Part shown: piece by piece, positions 12,053 to 24,375 of the stretch
Numbering within the stretch: position 1 is the first letter of the stretch
How the letters are laid out: every line of letters begins with the position of its first letter
DNA from: Paraspadella gotoi
Lineage: Eukaryota > Animalia > Chaetognatha
Length of the DNA: 64,000 nucleotides
Reading direction: 5' to 3'
NCBI GenBank assembly: GCA_051294375.1
Contig: CM119271.1
Span: 10,984,684 to 11,048,683, forward strand
Translations under genes and position numbers: made by a program
Notes under the pieces: generated by a model
The model's input: only the letters and a program-made list of their open reading frames with translations
What the model was told of the DNA's origin: nothing
Database searches by the model: none

Positions 12053-12136
12053 CTTGCGGCCGGGAATCTGGACGACCAACGCGTAATGAGCATCGAGACC
12101 CGAGGGCAAAAATGGCGGCGCGGGGGCGAGATTGAG

Positions 12137-12198
<62 letters not shown>

Positions 12199-12731
12199 AG
12201 AAAATGCCGGGAGTTCAAAGAGAAAACGAAAAAGTGAAAAAAAGAAAAAAGAAGAGAAAGAAAACAGAGAGAGAGAGAGAGAGAAGAAAAAAAGAATATT
12301 TTACGGATGTTCTGTGTATAGGCCGTATCTCATCTCATCCTCTTCTGAGCACAAAGATATTGAAAAGAAAAGAGAAAAAAGAGAGAAAAAATAAACAAGA
12401 TCCGTCAAGTTCGAGATGTTGCACTCCAGGGGATTTAATATTATTTTATAATGAATAATTATATTATATAATTATATTTTCAGATGATCACGGGAAAAAT
12501 ATTTACAAGAAGCAGCTACTAACCCCTACTAATTTACTATCATACATTTTTTAAAACAAAAAATGATTAAGTATTTTACGAATTATGCATTTTTAAATTT
12601 CCAATTATAATTTTTTTTAAACTGACAAAATATGACACATGTAGGGTTTATTCTTTGTTTATTCAACCTTATCTTTCTACTAAAGATAATTTTAATTTTA
12701 CACAGATTATATATGTTAAAAATGTAATTAA

Positions 12732-13012
12732 GACAGACAGACCGATGGACAGACCGATGGTCAGAACGCGATGGACAGACGCCCGATGGACGGACCGATG
12801 GACGGACCGATGGACGGACCCCGATGGAAGACGCGATGGACAGACCGATGTGAACGGATCCGAGGATACGGACCGATGGACAGACCGAATGGATGGACCG
12901 ATGTGACAGACCGATGACAAGACCGATGGATTAGACCGATGACAGACCAATGGAGAGACCGATGGACAGAACCGATGGACGAGACGCTGAATCGGACCCG
13001 ATGGACAGACCG
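12732..13012. repeat. Degenerate 12-bp tandem repeat (GACGGACCGATG)n
   Basis: About 22 imperfect units; source of the RWTD/GPSI pseudo-ORFs. Confidence 0.9.
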
Positions 13013-14541
13013 CACGGTGAATCAAGACCTCAGGAAAAAATCCTGGATGTAACCATCTCATATTAGAAATATTATTAAAAATGTCCCAATCCTATCTTGG
13101 TCTCAGACGGTCAAAACCGAAAAACAAATGTAAAAAAATTATTATCCTTTTCTTTTCTGGTAATTAACCTATCTTTTCCTATTTTGAGATGAAACCGAAC
13201 CAAGTTTATCCCTATGCCATCCTATTCACTACATAACGAAAAACTTTGTCCTTATTTTTTCTGATCCGATTTTAAAGAATATATCATTCTCTTTAAAATA
13301 AGCTATGAATTGTTTAGATTCACATCAATTAATTAAGAAGCAATTTTTATAAAAAAAAAATTGCTTAAAAAAATTTGGTTTCTGAATTTAACATTTGGAC
13401 TTTTTTTGTCTTTGAGAGGGTCGTTTAGGGATGTTATTCAAGAACCAGATATATTTATTATATTTAACAACTAAGGGATTAGGTTTTGAGAAGTCTTGTA
13501 ATCAATTCCATTTTCTCTCCGATTCTGTTTTACATAAGAGAAATATTTTTCCCAGATGAGCATCCTTCAAAAGAGAAAATTCAAGAGAATATATAAGAAA
13601 ATAACTAAACGAATTTTCCAAGGAAAATCCATCAGCTTTCAAGTTTCCCCGTTAAAAATTGCGGTTTATCCCGACCGGAAGCTCTGACTATGTTTATAGT
13701 TGATATATGGTCTTGTTTATATGAGGTATCCTCCGGTATCCTCCGGTTTTGAGTTTGAAGTGAGATATAAGCTCTGCAGTGAAACTCCTCAAATCAACAA
13801 AGAATTTATAGAAATAACTACGAAATTTTTTGTTATTAGTCCAAAGGATTATTCTGAGTTGAGATAAAGACGAATCTTTTTACAACAAACAGAGTTTTAT
13901 AAACGGACATGTTTTACCCTCTGCAGTACGAGCCCTTCATAACATTTGAGAGAGAGAGAGAGAGATAGAGGGAGGAAAGTTGCGCAACAAAAGACGTGGA
14001 CAGGACAATGGTGAAATTGGTGAGGACAGGTTAAGAATGGGGAGAGAGAGACAGAAGAAAAGAGAGAACAGAGAAAAGAAAGAGAGAGAGAGAGAGAGAG
14101 AGAAGGAGAGGGCAAAGGAAATGGAAACTGTTGTTGGCAACTTTCCTTCCCTCTACTCTGCAAGATCACTATATTATAAATTTTGGTTTTTATATTATTA
14201 TCTGTTGTAATATGTGATGATCACCAATTTAAAAAGATGTTACAATGACTTATCATCTGGTTAAGCTGCTAAGTATGTAAAAATATGTTTTAGGGCCATG
14301 AGTTTTTATCTAAAATTTGCATATATCGTAAAAACTACTGATTTCAAAATTAATTGACGATATAAAATTAACTTCTCGTGTAATTAAAATAGTTTTAAAA
14401 AGACGGTAACAATTGTAGGATGATAAACATGACGAAATTTTTTATGATAACTTTTGCCGTTGGGAATAATGCAATAACGATGAAAAACGGTACCGTGGAC
14501 ATAGCGAATAGTGCCGAAAATCGACTGATCGGAACGTAGGA

Positions 14542-15396
14542 AACAAGTTTGAGCAAACAATGTCGAATATCTGTAAATTAATTCCATTAATAAATTAAAT
14601 AATTCAAGTAATAATTAATTAGGCAATTAATTAATTTGAATCCCAAATGTTTGTTTTAGGTCTTTCGTCACCATAAAAGCAATGACGACGTTATGAGAAT
14701 AAAGTCGAATACTAATTGACTTGAATTGATTGACTGATTTAAATTAAAATATTGATTAATTATTGACTAATTGATTAATTAATTGATTAATTTTGATAAT
14801 TTGATTTATTAATACATCTGCCCATTGACATTTAATTTTAAAGGAAAGAAGGCATAATCAATTAGTAAAACAGGTTTTGTTTTTTTTTCTCATTTCACTC
14901 AAAAGAATTCCATCGAAACTTGGATTTCCAGTTTAATCAGCATACCTTTTCTACACAAATACAAAAATTTCAAGTCAATCCACCTCATCCACTCATGGAG
15001 TAATTGGTGTTTCAAATAGTTGAAAATATATTTTTTGTTTTTTCCATTTAAACTCAATTTCCAGCTCGGAGCGATTCCCATCCAAAACTTCCATATACAG
15101 CTCAATCACACACTTCCCTACCCACACAGACGATCATAGAACAAAATTTCATTCTAATTCATCCTCCAATGGCACGAGTAATTGGTGTTTTTTTGCTAGG
15201 TGGGACGGATGGACGGACGACATCCGTTTTTTTTGCTAATTTATCATAAATTCGAAAATGTTCTGAACCATGATATAAGTGAGTGACCGACAATATTCGA
15301 GGGGGCGACAGACGGACCGACAAAGTGAATTATATATTATATATTTATATATTTAATAGAGTTCGGGATTGCTGAAAGCAGATCCGACTAAAAATA
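14542..15396 (-). mobile_element. DINE-1/HINE-like element, family A, copy 2
   Basis: Same ends (AACAAGTTTGAGCAAACAATGTCG ... GCAGATCCGACTAAAAAT) and same internal TTCCATCGAAACTT...AATCACACACTTCC duplicated unit as copy 1. Confidence 0.75.
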
Positions 15397-15521
15397 AATC
15401 ATAATTTTTCAAAAACGAACGATCCGCAAGAGATCGTAGCGAGAGAGAACAGACCCACACAGAAGAGAGACAGACACACACAAGAAAGAGGACGAGAGAC
15501 CGGAGAGAGACGGAAAGAGAC

Positions 15522-15571
<50 letters not shown>

Positions 15572-16479
15572 AAATAAAAAGTTTCCAACAAAGAAATTGA
15601 GATCACGGATAGTTGTCAGATGTGAAGGAAAGTTTAAAGTTAGGGACAGTAGAGAGAGAGAGGGAAGGTGAGGGGAAAAGAAATTGATGTGAGACAGAGA
15701 GAGAGATCTTTAAATGTCATCGATGTTTGTAATAAATTATATTTATTTATTTATTTATTTTATTATTTATTTAAAATTATTAATTTATCTTACTTTTTTG
15801 TCGTAATTCGCATGCAAAATCGTTATAGTCATTCAGTCAAGTTATGGTCTGTCACGTCATGTCTTGTCATCTTATGATAAATTTAACGTGATAAAGGCAG
15901 TCACTTGAAAACGGAATACATTTGAATTACCTGTTTCTTGTTTTTAGAAATTGTTTTGTTCATGTGGTGTTTGTTTTTCACAATTCAATATAAAATAAAC
16001 ATTTAAATGCCTTAGAATTCTCGTCGTCGCTTCAAAAAAGTCAGAATAAGCCATTTTGAAATTGGAAACGAGCATCTCAAACTAATATCAATTTCATATT
16101 TCATAATTGTAAGTATAGATAAGTAAAACTAAATCTTTTTTATACAAAAACATTTTCACAATGAAAAACCTTTTTTTAGCTTAAAATATGTACAGTGATG
16201 AGGAATTGTGATTAGAGAAAAAATATTTTGACATTTTTCTTTTAAAATAAAGAATTAAAAGTCAAAGACTGCAAATAAAGAATTAAATCTCGGCTGTTAG
16301 AATAATTTTATTTAATCAAAATAATGAAACAGGTGGTGGGTGGGATGGCGGCTAGATCCAAGAGATTTTTCCGTGGTCGGATTGTGAAACTGGATGGTCT
16401 GTGTAACTCGGTAGAAGGGTAACGGAGATGGTAGGAATTTTTCCGTGGTCGGATGTGAAACTGATTGGTCCTGTGACGC

Positions 16480-16735
16480 GATGGACGGACCGATGGACGG
16501 ACCGAATGGAACGGAACCGATGGACGGACCGATGGACGGACCGATGGACGGACCGATGGACGGACCGATGGACGGACCCGATGGACGGAAACCGATGGAC
16601 AGACCGATGGATAGACCGATGGACAGACCGATGGACGGACCGATGGACAGACCGATGGACAGACCGATGGACAGACCGATGGACGGACCGACCGAAAAGT
16701 GACTTAGAGAGTTGCTGCGCTTTAACTGAAAAAGA
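16480..16735. repeat. 12-bp tandem repeat (GACRGACCGATG)n attached to a HINE-B-like end
   Basis: About 17 units running into CCGAAAAGTGACTTAGAGAGTTGC, the same terminus seen at 8165-8187 and partly at 50262-50280. Confidence 0.85.
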
Positions 16736-16893
16736 GAAATAAAATTGCGGCAAAAAGAGAAGAGAGAAGAAGAGCAAGATGCCTTTCGATTCCAACTTTC
16801 TTTTTTCTTTCTTTTTCTATCAGTTCTGAACAAGAGAGAGAGAGAGAAAAAACCTCGTTGAGTAAACAAAACACCAAAACAATGGACGAAAAC

Positions 16894-16926
<33 letters not shown>

Positions 16927-19130
16927 TTGTTTGAATCTCTTTTCCGCAACAAAAACATTGCAGTCTCTCTCTCTCCCAATCTCTCTCTCTCCCTCTCCCC
17001 TCTCACTCTCTCTCTCTCCCACCAAAACGCGCCATTCCATCGCCATTTCGACGCCGTCTCTCCCGGCGCCTCGTTCTCACCAGGCGGCGTTGGATTTCTG
17101 GCGCGAAACTTCGCCTCTTGTTTGTTTTTTTTTTCTCTCTCTCTCTCTCTTCCTTTTTTGTTTTGGTTTCGCGTTTTATGTTTTTTATGTCGTCGTTCTT
17201 GTTGTTGTTTTTTGTTGTTTTTATGAGTGACTCGCGCTGAGGATGGGGGGGTGCTTCGAGAGAAGAGGGGGAGAGAAAGAGGGGGTTGGAGATCGAAACG
17301 GCGGTGGTGTGGTTGAGGGTTGAGAAGTAAATTTAAGCCGAAGAAAAAAAAAAACTGAACAGGTCGCTTCAGGGAATCAACTGTTTAAATTGTTAACTGT
17401 TTAACTGTTAAAAGAATTTGAATGTTCGTTTGTCCGTCCGTACGTCAATCTGTCCGCACATCGAACCGTCCATCCGTCTTTCCGACCGTTGGTCAAACCA
17501 TCCTGTTTGTCAATCAAACCTTTCCTACGTGCGTCCCGTCGGTTCTTGCGTCCGTCCGAGTTTTTCCGACCGCCCGTCCAACCATCCGTCCGTCCTTTCG
17601 TCCGTCTTTTTCTTCTCTTCATCCATCCATCTATCCATCCGTCCATCCGTTCGACAATCCGTCAATTCGTTCTTTATCAATCCGTCCCCCGAGTATTTTA
17701 ACTATTTCAACGGTTTTTTTTTTTCATTTTAACGAGTCGACGTTCGCCGTCGAGCTCAGCCGCAACCGCCTTCAGTGGCCTGTTGAGAAATGACGGGCCT
17801 CTTCACAATTTTTTTTTTTGGCGGATCCCTTGCCCCCCTGAAAGCTAAGCTCAACCCACTCCCTTGACAATCAACTTAACAATTTATCATTAGCAATAGC
17901 AAGGATAAAGTTTGGGCCCTTATAAAAATTACACATAATGTAATATATTATGTTTAGATTTTAGGATATTTCACGATTATTTCTCTTATATTTCATTATG
18001 AATTTTATACAACCAATATAAAAATTATCCACACTCAATAAATAAGCTATATAAATAAGCTAACTTTATATAATATTATTTAGTCTCATGAGCTTTTCTT
18101 GGGACCCCAAAAGCACGGGCACCACGGCTTCGGGGAGGTAGTCTACCCCCTCTACCTGCCCCTGACCGCCCGGCCTTTTCTCCACCCCCTTGGGATCCAC
18201 CACCTCTACTCCCATGAACCACCCTCCACCCACCCTCTCGACCACCTCATTCCACCCCTTCGCCCCTTCCCCCGTTCTCTTCCTTGGCCGACGAATTTCT
18301 GCTGAATCAGCATCCAGACCTTTTTTCTTTTTTTTTGTTCGAGGCCGACAAAAAAAAAAAAAGAACCGACGCCGGCGAAAGTCGAGCCGACAAAATGTCG
18401 GGCCGCGAATAATATATATGTTGTCGTCTCGTTAAATTCGTTTTTAAAGATTTGTCTTGGGCGAAAAATCTTTTAGGAAGATTTTTAAACTCGCGTTGGG
18501 AAGACAAAGTTGGGAGCAACCGAATTTGGCGAACGATGAAACTTGAATAAACTTGTATAAACGTTTTATAATATATATCTCTAGTGACAAAAATGTATTT
18601 AATAATTATGAAATTGGAAAGACCAATTCAAAAATTATATCCATTATAAATAATAAAATTATATTATACGAATCTTTCAAGACAAAAATGATTTATTAAT
18701 CATATGACCCGTCAAATGGCCTGTCCAAAGTCAGGGGCAACATAGGTTATTTATTGAATGAACGGATCATTTCATATTAGTTGTACCAATTTCATAAAAT
18801 ACTTTCAACCAAATCGAATTTCAGACCACACCCTTGGTCCACAATAACCCACATTAAACATCACAATGATCCGCTCCAGACTCGATCCGTCTTCTCGACA
18901 CCACAACCGTCGACTTTTGCCACATCCGGGTTTTCTGGTTCCATTGCAAATTCCATCGTCATCCGCCATTGACGCCGCAATTGCGCCTCCATTTTTCTTT
19001 GACACTTTTTTCTCTCCTTTTGCTACTCAATCTCGTCCTTCCCTTCCTCCTTCTCCTCCTCTTCCTCATTCTCCTCCTCCTCCTCTTCCTCCTTCTCTTC
19101 TTTCTCCTCTTCTTAAAACCTTCGAATTCT

Positions 19131-19456
19131 GGCACTGTTCTCCGAGAGCGACCCATTTTTGTTCCTTTACCCCGGGAATTAAATTTAACTTTAATATTTA
19201 ATCTAAAGATTAAATATTGCTAAACCCTAACCTTAAACCTTTATCCTTAATTTTTAACCTGAACCCCTAAACTTAAACCCTAATCCTTAAGCCTAATCAC
19301 TAACTCTAATCTCTAACCTAACCCCTAACCTTAATCACCAACCTAATCCATATCCTAATTCCTTACCCTAACCTCCGAACTCATTTTTTAAGGAAAAAAA
19401 AATTAAACTAATTCAAAATTTAAGATGAAATTGGTCGTTTTGGGAAAATAAGGCAC
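19131..19456. mobile_element. Short MITE-like element carrying degenerate (CCCTAA)n telomere-like hexamers
   Basis: Imperfect ~28-bp inverted ends (GGCACTGTTCTCCGAGAGCGACCCATTT / AAATTGGTCGTTTTGGGAAAATAAGGCAC) flank CCCTAACC-like repeats at 19221-19375; related structure at 61385-61677. Confidence 0.5.
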
Positions 19457-19622
19457 AAAGGGAGGGGCTATCAGTTTCATTTCTAAGAAATACGAATGGT
19501 TATTTTTAATCTTCATTTCCAACTCATTCCATCTCCTTTTCTTTCCCATTTTTTCTTCTCGCAATCTCAAGCAACTGTTGTGTCTTTCATGTCCAATTCT
19601 CCATCATTATCCGAATTTTTTT

Positions 19623-19888
19623 TTTTTAGTTGCGCCGCGAGTACTCCCGTAGCAACTCTATAAGTCACTTTTCGGTCGGTCTGTCGGTCGGTTGGTATGT
19701 CTGTCCATCGGTCATTCCCACTTGTGTTAAAAATCCTCATAATTCGCTGATAGTCGGTTGCTCATTTGTTAAGTCAGGAAAAAGCCTCAAATCTAAGCGA
19801 CTCCTAGCGCCGCCTTCAGGAAATTATAAGACTATAAAGAATAAAAGTCAATGCGGCGCAACACACATTCGAATTTCCGTTCTTGTTT
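19623..19888 (+). mobile_element. DINE-1/HINE-like element, family B, copy 2
   Basis: TTTTTAGTTGCGCCGC...GCAACTCTATAAGTCACTTTTCGGTCGGTCTGTCGG...GCGGCGCAAC...TTCTTGTTT; subterminal IRs at 19629-19638 and 19853-19862. Confidence 0.78.
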
Positions 19889-20214
19889 TACTTATTTCTT
19901 ATTATCAATTTATCTCCCCGCTCCCACTTCACTCACCGATTAACCTAAGTAATAAAACTATACAAAACATTCTTAATTACCGCTTTAAAATATCCTTACT
20001 GCGAATATTCAATACTTTAAAACCACTTCGCCTTAAGCTTTATAAAACACATTGCATATATAATCCAACATTTTTTTCCCCTTCTATTCTTCACACGTCC
20101 GTCCGTCCGTTCACGCATTTATTCTTCGATCCGCGAAGAATCTCAACCTGACTTTTTCCCCACCCGCCTCCGATCTCCCTTTATCTCCTTAGTCCTTACA
20201 CTCACCATAAAAAT

Positions 20215-20667
20215 AAAGCAGTTTGACCAAACAATGCCGGATCTGCCCACGATCATGAGCGGTAATCAGCTCATCATTGATAAATTTATTAATTAATTAA
20301 TTCATTCAGCTTACATTTACATTATTATAAAAAAACATAAAAAATAGTTAAAGAGAGTTATTTTTTTTTGTTGATTTAAACTCATTTCCACTATGACGAT
20401 TCCATCGAAACTTAATTTCCAGCTCAATCACGCACTTTCCTACCCACATACAAATTTCCAAGTAAATCGCCTGATCTAATCATGAGCTAAGAGGGGACGG
20501 ACGGAGAGACAGACGGACGAACCTCAATTCTTTCTTTTTAGATAATCTATCATAATTTAATGACAGGATCCAAGTAACTTACCGAGAAGATTTTGGAGCG
20601 GAGACCGACAGACCGACGAAGTGAATTACAGAGAAGGAATCTGCCGAGAGAAGATCCGGCTAAAAAT
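20215..20667 (-). mobile_element. DINE-1/HINE-like element, family A, copy 3 (single internal unit)
   Basis: GTTTGACCAAACAATGCCGGATCTGCC ... AGATCCGGCTAAAAAT ends; shared internal block at 20375-20490; GGACGGACGG tract. Confidence 0.7.
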
Positions 20668-20826
20668 CTCAGACTCCGTCGATGCAAAACTCACTCGTTT
20701 CTCCTTTCCATCATCATTCCGATGCCTCACCTTGCCTCCTCCTCCTCCTCCTCCTCCNNNNNNNNNNATGCAGAGGTGTTACCTGTGTACAGAAGGAACG
20801 GCGTATGATCCCGCCGCGCTTTGCTT

Positions 20827-20897
<71 letters not shown>

Positions 20898-21001
20898 CGA
20901 GAGAGAGAGGGAAGCGGGAAGAAAGAGTGAGAAGAAAAAGGGGAGAGAGAGGGAAAGAAGAAAGAGATGAGAGAGAGAGGAGAGAGAGAGGAGAGACAGA
21001 G

Positions 21002-21032
<31 letters not shown>

Positions 21033-21230
21033 AGAAGAGAGGGGAAGCCGGGAAGAAAGATGTGAGAGAGATAGAGGGGAGGGCGAGGCGGGAAAAGAGA
21101 GAGAGAGAGAGAGAGAGAGGGAGGGAAGAGCAGAGAGAGAGAGTAGAGTAGAGCGGGAGAGAGAAGAGGAGAGAGAGAAGAGAAGAGAGAGAGAGAGAGG
21201 AGAGGTGGGGAAGAAGAGATGAGGTCGTAT

Positions 21231-22283
21231 CGGGCATAGCAAAGTTCACCCGCCTCTAAGCTGACACCTTTCAGTCCTGGACCCGGTGGTTCATGAGTAA
21301 GCCATCAGCTCATGACCACTAGTTACCGGGTTCAATCCCACCCGGTACCTGCCTCGCGGAAGTGTGAGGATGGCGTAAGCGCGCCTTGGGGGCGTGAAAA
21401 ACCCTCAAGCCTGGTTCCAAGCCCAGGACCTGTTCATAGCTGCAAGAGGGGTAAAAAGTTACGGAAGTCATCTTCAGCCCACTTAGCGCCTTATCACACA
21501 GGTGAGCCCATCCTTCGAGCGTATTCCAAGCCTTCTGATTCCAGCCCATGGACTGCTGAAATTGCTCCCCTCCCTCCACTGGAAGCAGTGCAGGGTGATT
21601 ACAATCTGGGGGGGCATGTAGTTCGGGATAGCAAAAGTTCACCCGCCTCTAAGCATGACCCTTCAGTCCTGACCGTGGCTCATTGATAAAGCCATCTAGC
21701 TCATGACCACTAGGTACCGGGTCAATCCCAACCCTATGCTGTACTTACCTCGCGGGAAAGTGTTGACTGTCCTGTGAAGCCGCCGTTGGGGGCGTGAAAT
21801 CAGCCGGTTCCAACGCATCCTAGATCCTGTTCCCATAGCTGCTAGAGGGTTAAAGAAGTTACGGGCATACTCATCTCAGCCCACTTTAGCCCGCCTTATC
21901 CACACAGGTGAGCCCGATCCTGTCAGCGTATCCAAACCTTCTATTCCAGGCCATGACGTGCTGAAGATTGCCTCCCTCCCTCCACTGAGCAGTGCAGGTG
22001 AGTTACAATCTGGGCATGTAGCGGCATAGCAAAGTTTCACCCCCGCCTCTAAGCTATGACACTTCAGTCCGACCCGTGGCTCATTGAGTAAAGCCATCAG
22101 CTCATACCACTAGTACCGGGTCAATCCCAACCCGGTACCTACCTCGGAAGTTGAGACGGCCGAGCCGCCTTGGGCGTGGAAAACCCTCAAGCCTGGTTCC
22201 AAGCCCAGGACCCGTTCCCATAGTCGAGAGGGGGTTAAAAGTTACGGATAGTCATCTTCAGCCCACTTAGCGCCTTATCCACA
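21231..22283. repeat. ~395-bp complex tandem repeat, 2.7 copies, compositionally foreign
   Basis: Units start at 21231, 21624 and 22022 (CGGGCATAGCAAAGTTCACCCGCCTCTAAGC...). Copies differ mainly by scattered indels. GC-balanced and free of microsatellites, unlike the flanks. Confidence 0.95.
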
Positions 22284-23931
22284 AGAGAAGGAGAGGAGGG
22301 GGAAGCGGGGAAGAAAGCGTGAGAGAGAGAGATAGAAAGAGAGAGTGAGAGAGAGAGAGAGGCGGGGGGGAGAGAGAGAGAGAGCGGGGGAGAGAGAAAG
22401 AGAGAGGAAGGTGGGGAGAGAGAGAGAGAGAAGGAGAGAGAAAAATGAATGAAGAAGGACTGAATATGAATGAAAAAATGAATGAAGGAATGAAGAAATG
22501 AATGAATTAAGAAATTAATCAAAGATTGAATGAAGAAATGAATGAAAAAATGAATAATAATGAATAAAAGAATGAATAAAAGAAATGAATAATAATGAAT
22601 AAGAAGAATTAAGAATAATAAGAATGAATGAAATAAGAATCAAGAATGAATGAAAAATGAATAAAAAATGAAATGAATAAGAATGAATAAATGAACATTG
22701 AACAGTGAACAGTGAAAAGAGCAAAAAAAGAAAGAAAAAGTCAAACGTTCCGAAAGAAAGAAAGTAATTTCTATCAATGCCGAAAGAACATACGTACAGA
22801 AAATAATCTTAAAAAGTTAGGTAAACAAACAAAATATAAAACAACAAAACCAAAGCTTCGTAGTCAAAAGCATCAAACCTCGAGGCAACAGTAAAAGGGT
22901 AAAAATTGTGAACGATAAAAAAAAGAAAAAAAAAAAAAAAAGCGATAAAAATAAATAGAAAAATAAAAATAAAAAAAAAAAGGAAAAGAGAAAAAATAAG
23001 GAAACAAAGGGAGGAATCATGCGATGCGCGACCTTTTTTACTCCTCCTTTTCCTCTTCCTCTCCTCCTTTTTGCTCCTCTTCCACCTCCTCTTACTTCTC
23101 CTCCTCCTCTTTTCCTCTTACTCCTACTCTCTTCCTCCTCCTCTTCTTCTTTCTCCTCCTCTTCTTCCTCCTTTTCCTCTTACTCCTCCTTCTTTGTGCT
23201 TTTCTTCCAACTCCTCTTACATCTCTCCTGCTCTTCGCCTCCTTCCTCCTCCTCCCTCTTCCTCTTCTCCTTCTGCTCCTCTTCACCTCATCTTTCTTCT
23301 CCTATCTCTCCTCCTTTTTCTCTTCACCTCCTCCTCCTTCTGCTCCTCCTCTTCCTCCTCCTTCCTCCTCCTCCTCTTCCTCTTTCTCTTCTCCTCCTCC
23401 TCTTCCTCTTCCTCCTCCTTCTCCCCCAGAAAAAAAATATGGAAAAAATCAAATCTGAGAAAAGGGGAAAAAAAACGGACGGACCGATGGTTCCTTTTTT
23501 CTGGTTCCATAAACTCGGTTCCTCCTTCTGTCCACCTTTTTTTTTGTTTCTCCTTTCGGTTCCGACTAGAGTTCCACCTTTCTCACCAGATTTGAGGATT
23601 TGTTCTGTCTTAACAAATGAAGCAACTGTTGGATGTTGTTGTTGTTCTTCATCTCGAGTCCTTCGATGTCCGCACGAATTTGTCTCCAACGCAACTAAAA
23701 ACCTACCAACGCCCCCCAACCTCTCTTCTCTAAACTCTCCCACCTTTAGCCACCTTCCTCTCCTCCCCCCTTCCTCCCTGCTCCCTTCCCCTTCTGCTCC
23801 CTCTGCTCCCTTCTCCCTCTTCCAATCTTCCGCCGAAAAACAAACGCGAAGAGAACAAAAGAAAAAAAAAATTCGAGCCGAAAAAAAATATTATTCAGAA
23901 ATGCGCGGAAGTGAAAAAAAGGTGAGGGAAC

Positions 23932-24185
23932 GAGGTGCAGTGCGGGCGTGAAATGGTGCGGGGCCCATGTGCGGTGCGGGCGTGAAAAGGTGCGGGACCC
24001 AGGTGCAGTGCGAGCGTTAAGTGTAGGCTGGACTGCAATGCAGTGCGAGCTTTAAAAAGTGTTTTTAAAATGTGTTGTGAAATGTACGGAACCAAGGTAC
24101 GGTGCGGGTGTAAATAGGTGCGGGACCGAGGTGCAAAGCAGGCGGAAAATGGAGCAGTGCAGTGTCGGGCGAGAGTGCGAGCAAG
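23932..24185. repeat. Array of GGTGCRGTGCGGG-like motifs (mirrored at 24560-24822)
   Basis: Repeated TGCGGG/TGCAGTGCG with roughly 35-bp periodicity at the start of the array. Confidence 0.7.
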
Positions 24186-24309
24186 AGATTAGGCTACGGT
24201 GCATGCTGGCGAAATACAGACAAGCTGCAGGTTCGAGTACAGGAGACCCAGTAGAAGAGCTTATGTCAAAGAATAACTCAAAGGCGCAGATGGCGACCGA
24301 CAGAGCGGC

Positions 24310-24375
<66 letters not shown>

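Noticed and set aside
13440-13940. Decayed coding or transposase-like sequence
   Set aside because: Stops in the frames examined and no identifiable motif; cannot be supported without a search.
16312-17046. 244-aa ORF with GPSI repeats
   Set aside because: Product of the 12-bp satellite and AG repeats.
21279-21349. tRNA-Met gene (CTCATGA loop, GTTCAATCC)
   Set aside because: Acceptor and anticodon stems pair poorly, and the B-box-like TT is present in only one of three copies.
21460-21480. Hammerhead ribozyme core (CTGAAGA on minus strand)
   Set aside because: No appropriately placed GAAA or flanking stems II/III could be found by eye, and the motif differs in copy 2.
21312-21686. 124-aa ORF in the 395-bp repeat
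   Set aside because: The frame is not conserved in copies 2 and 3, and there is no recognisable motif.
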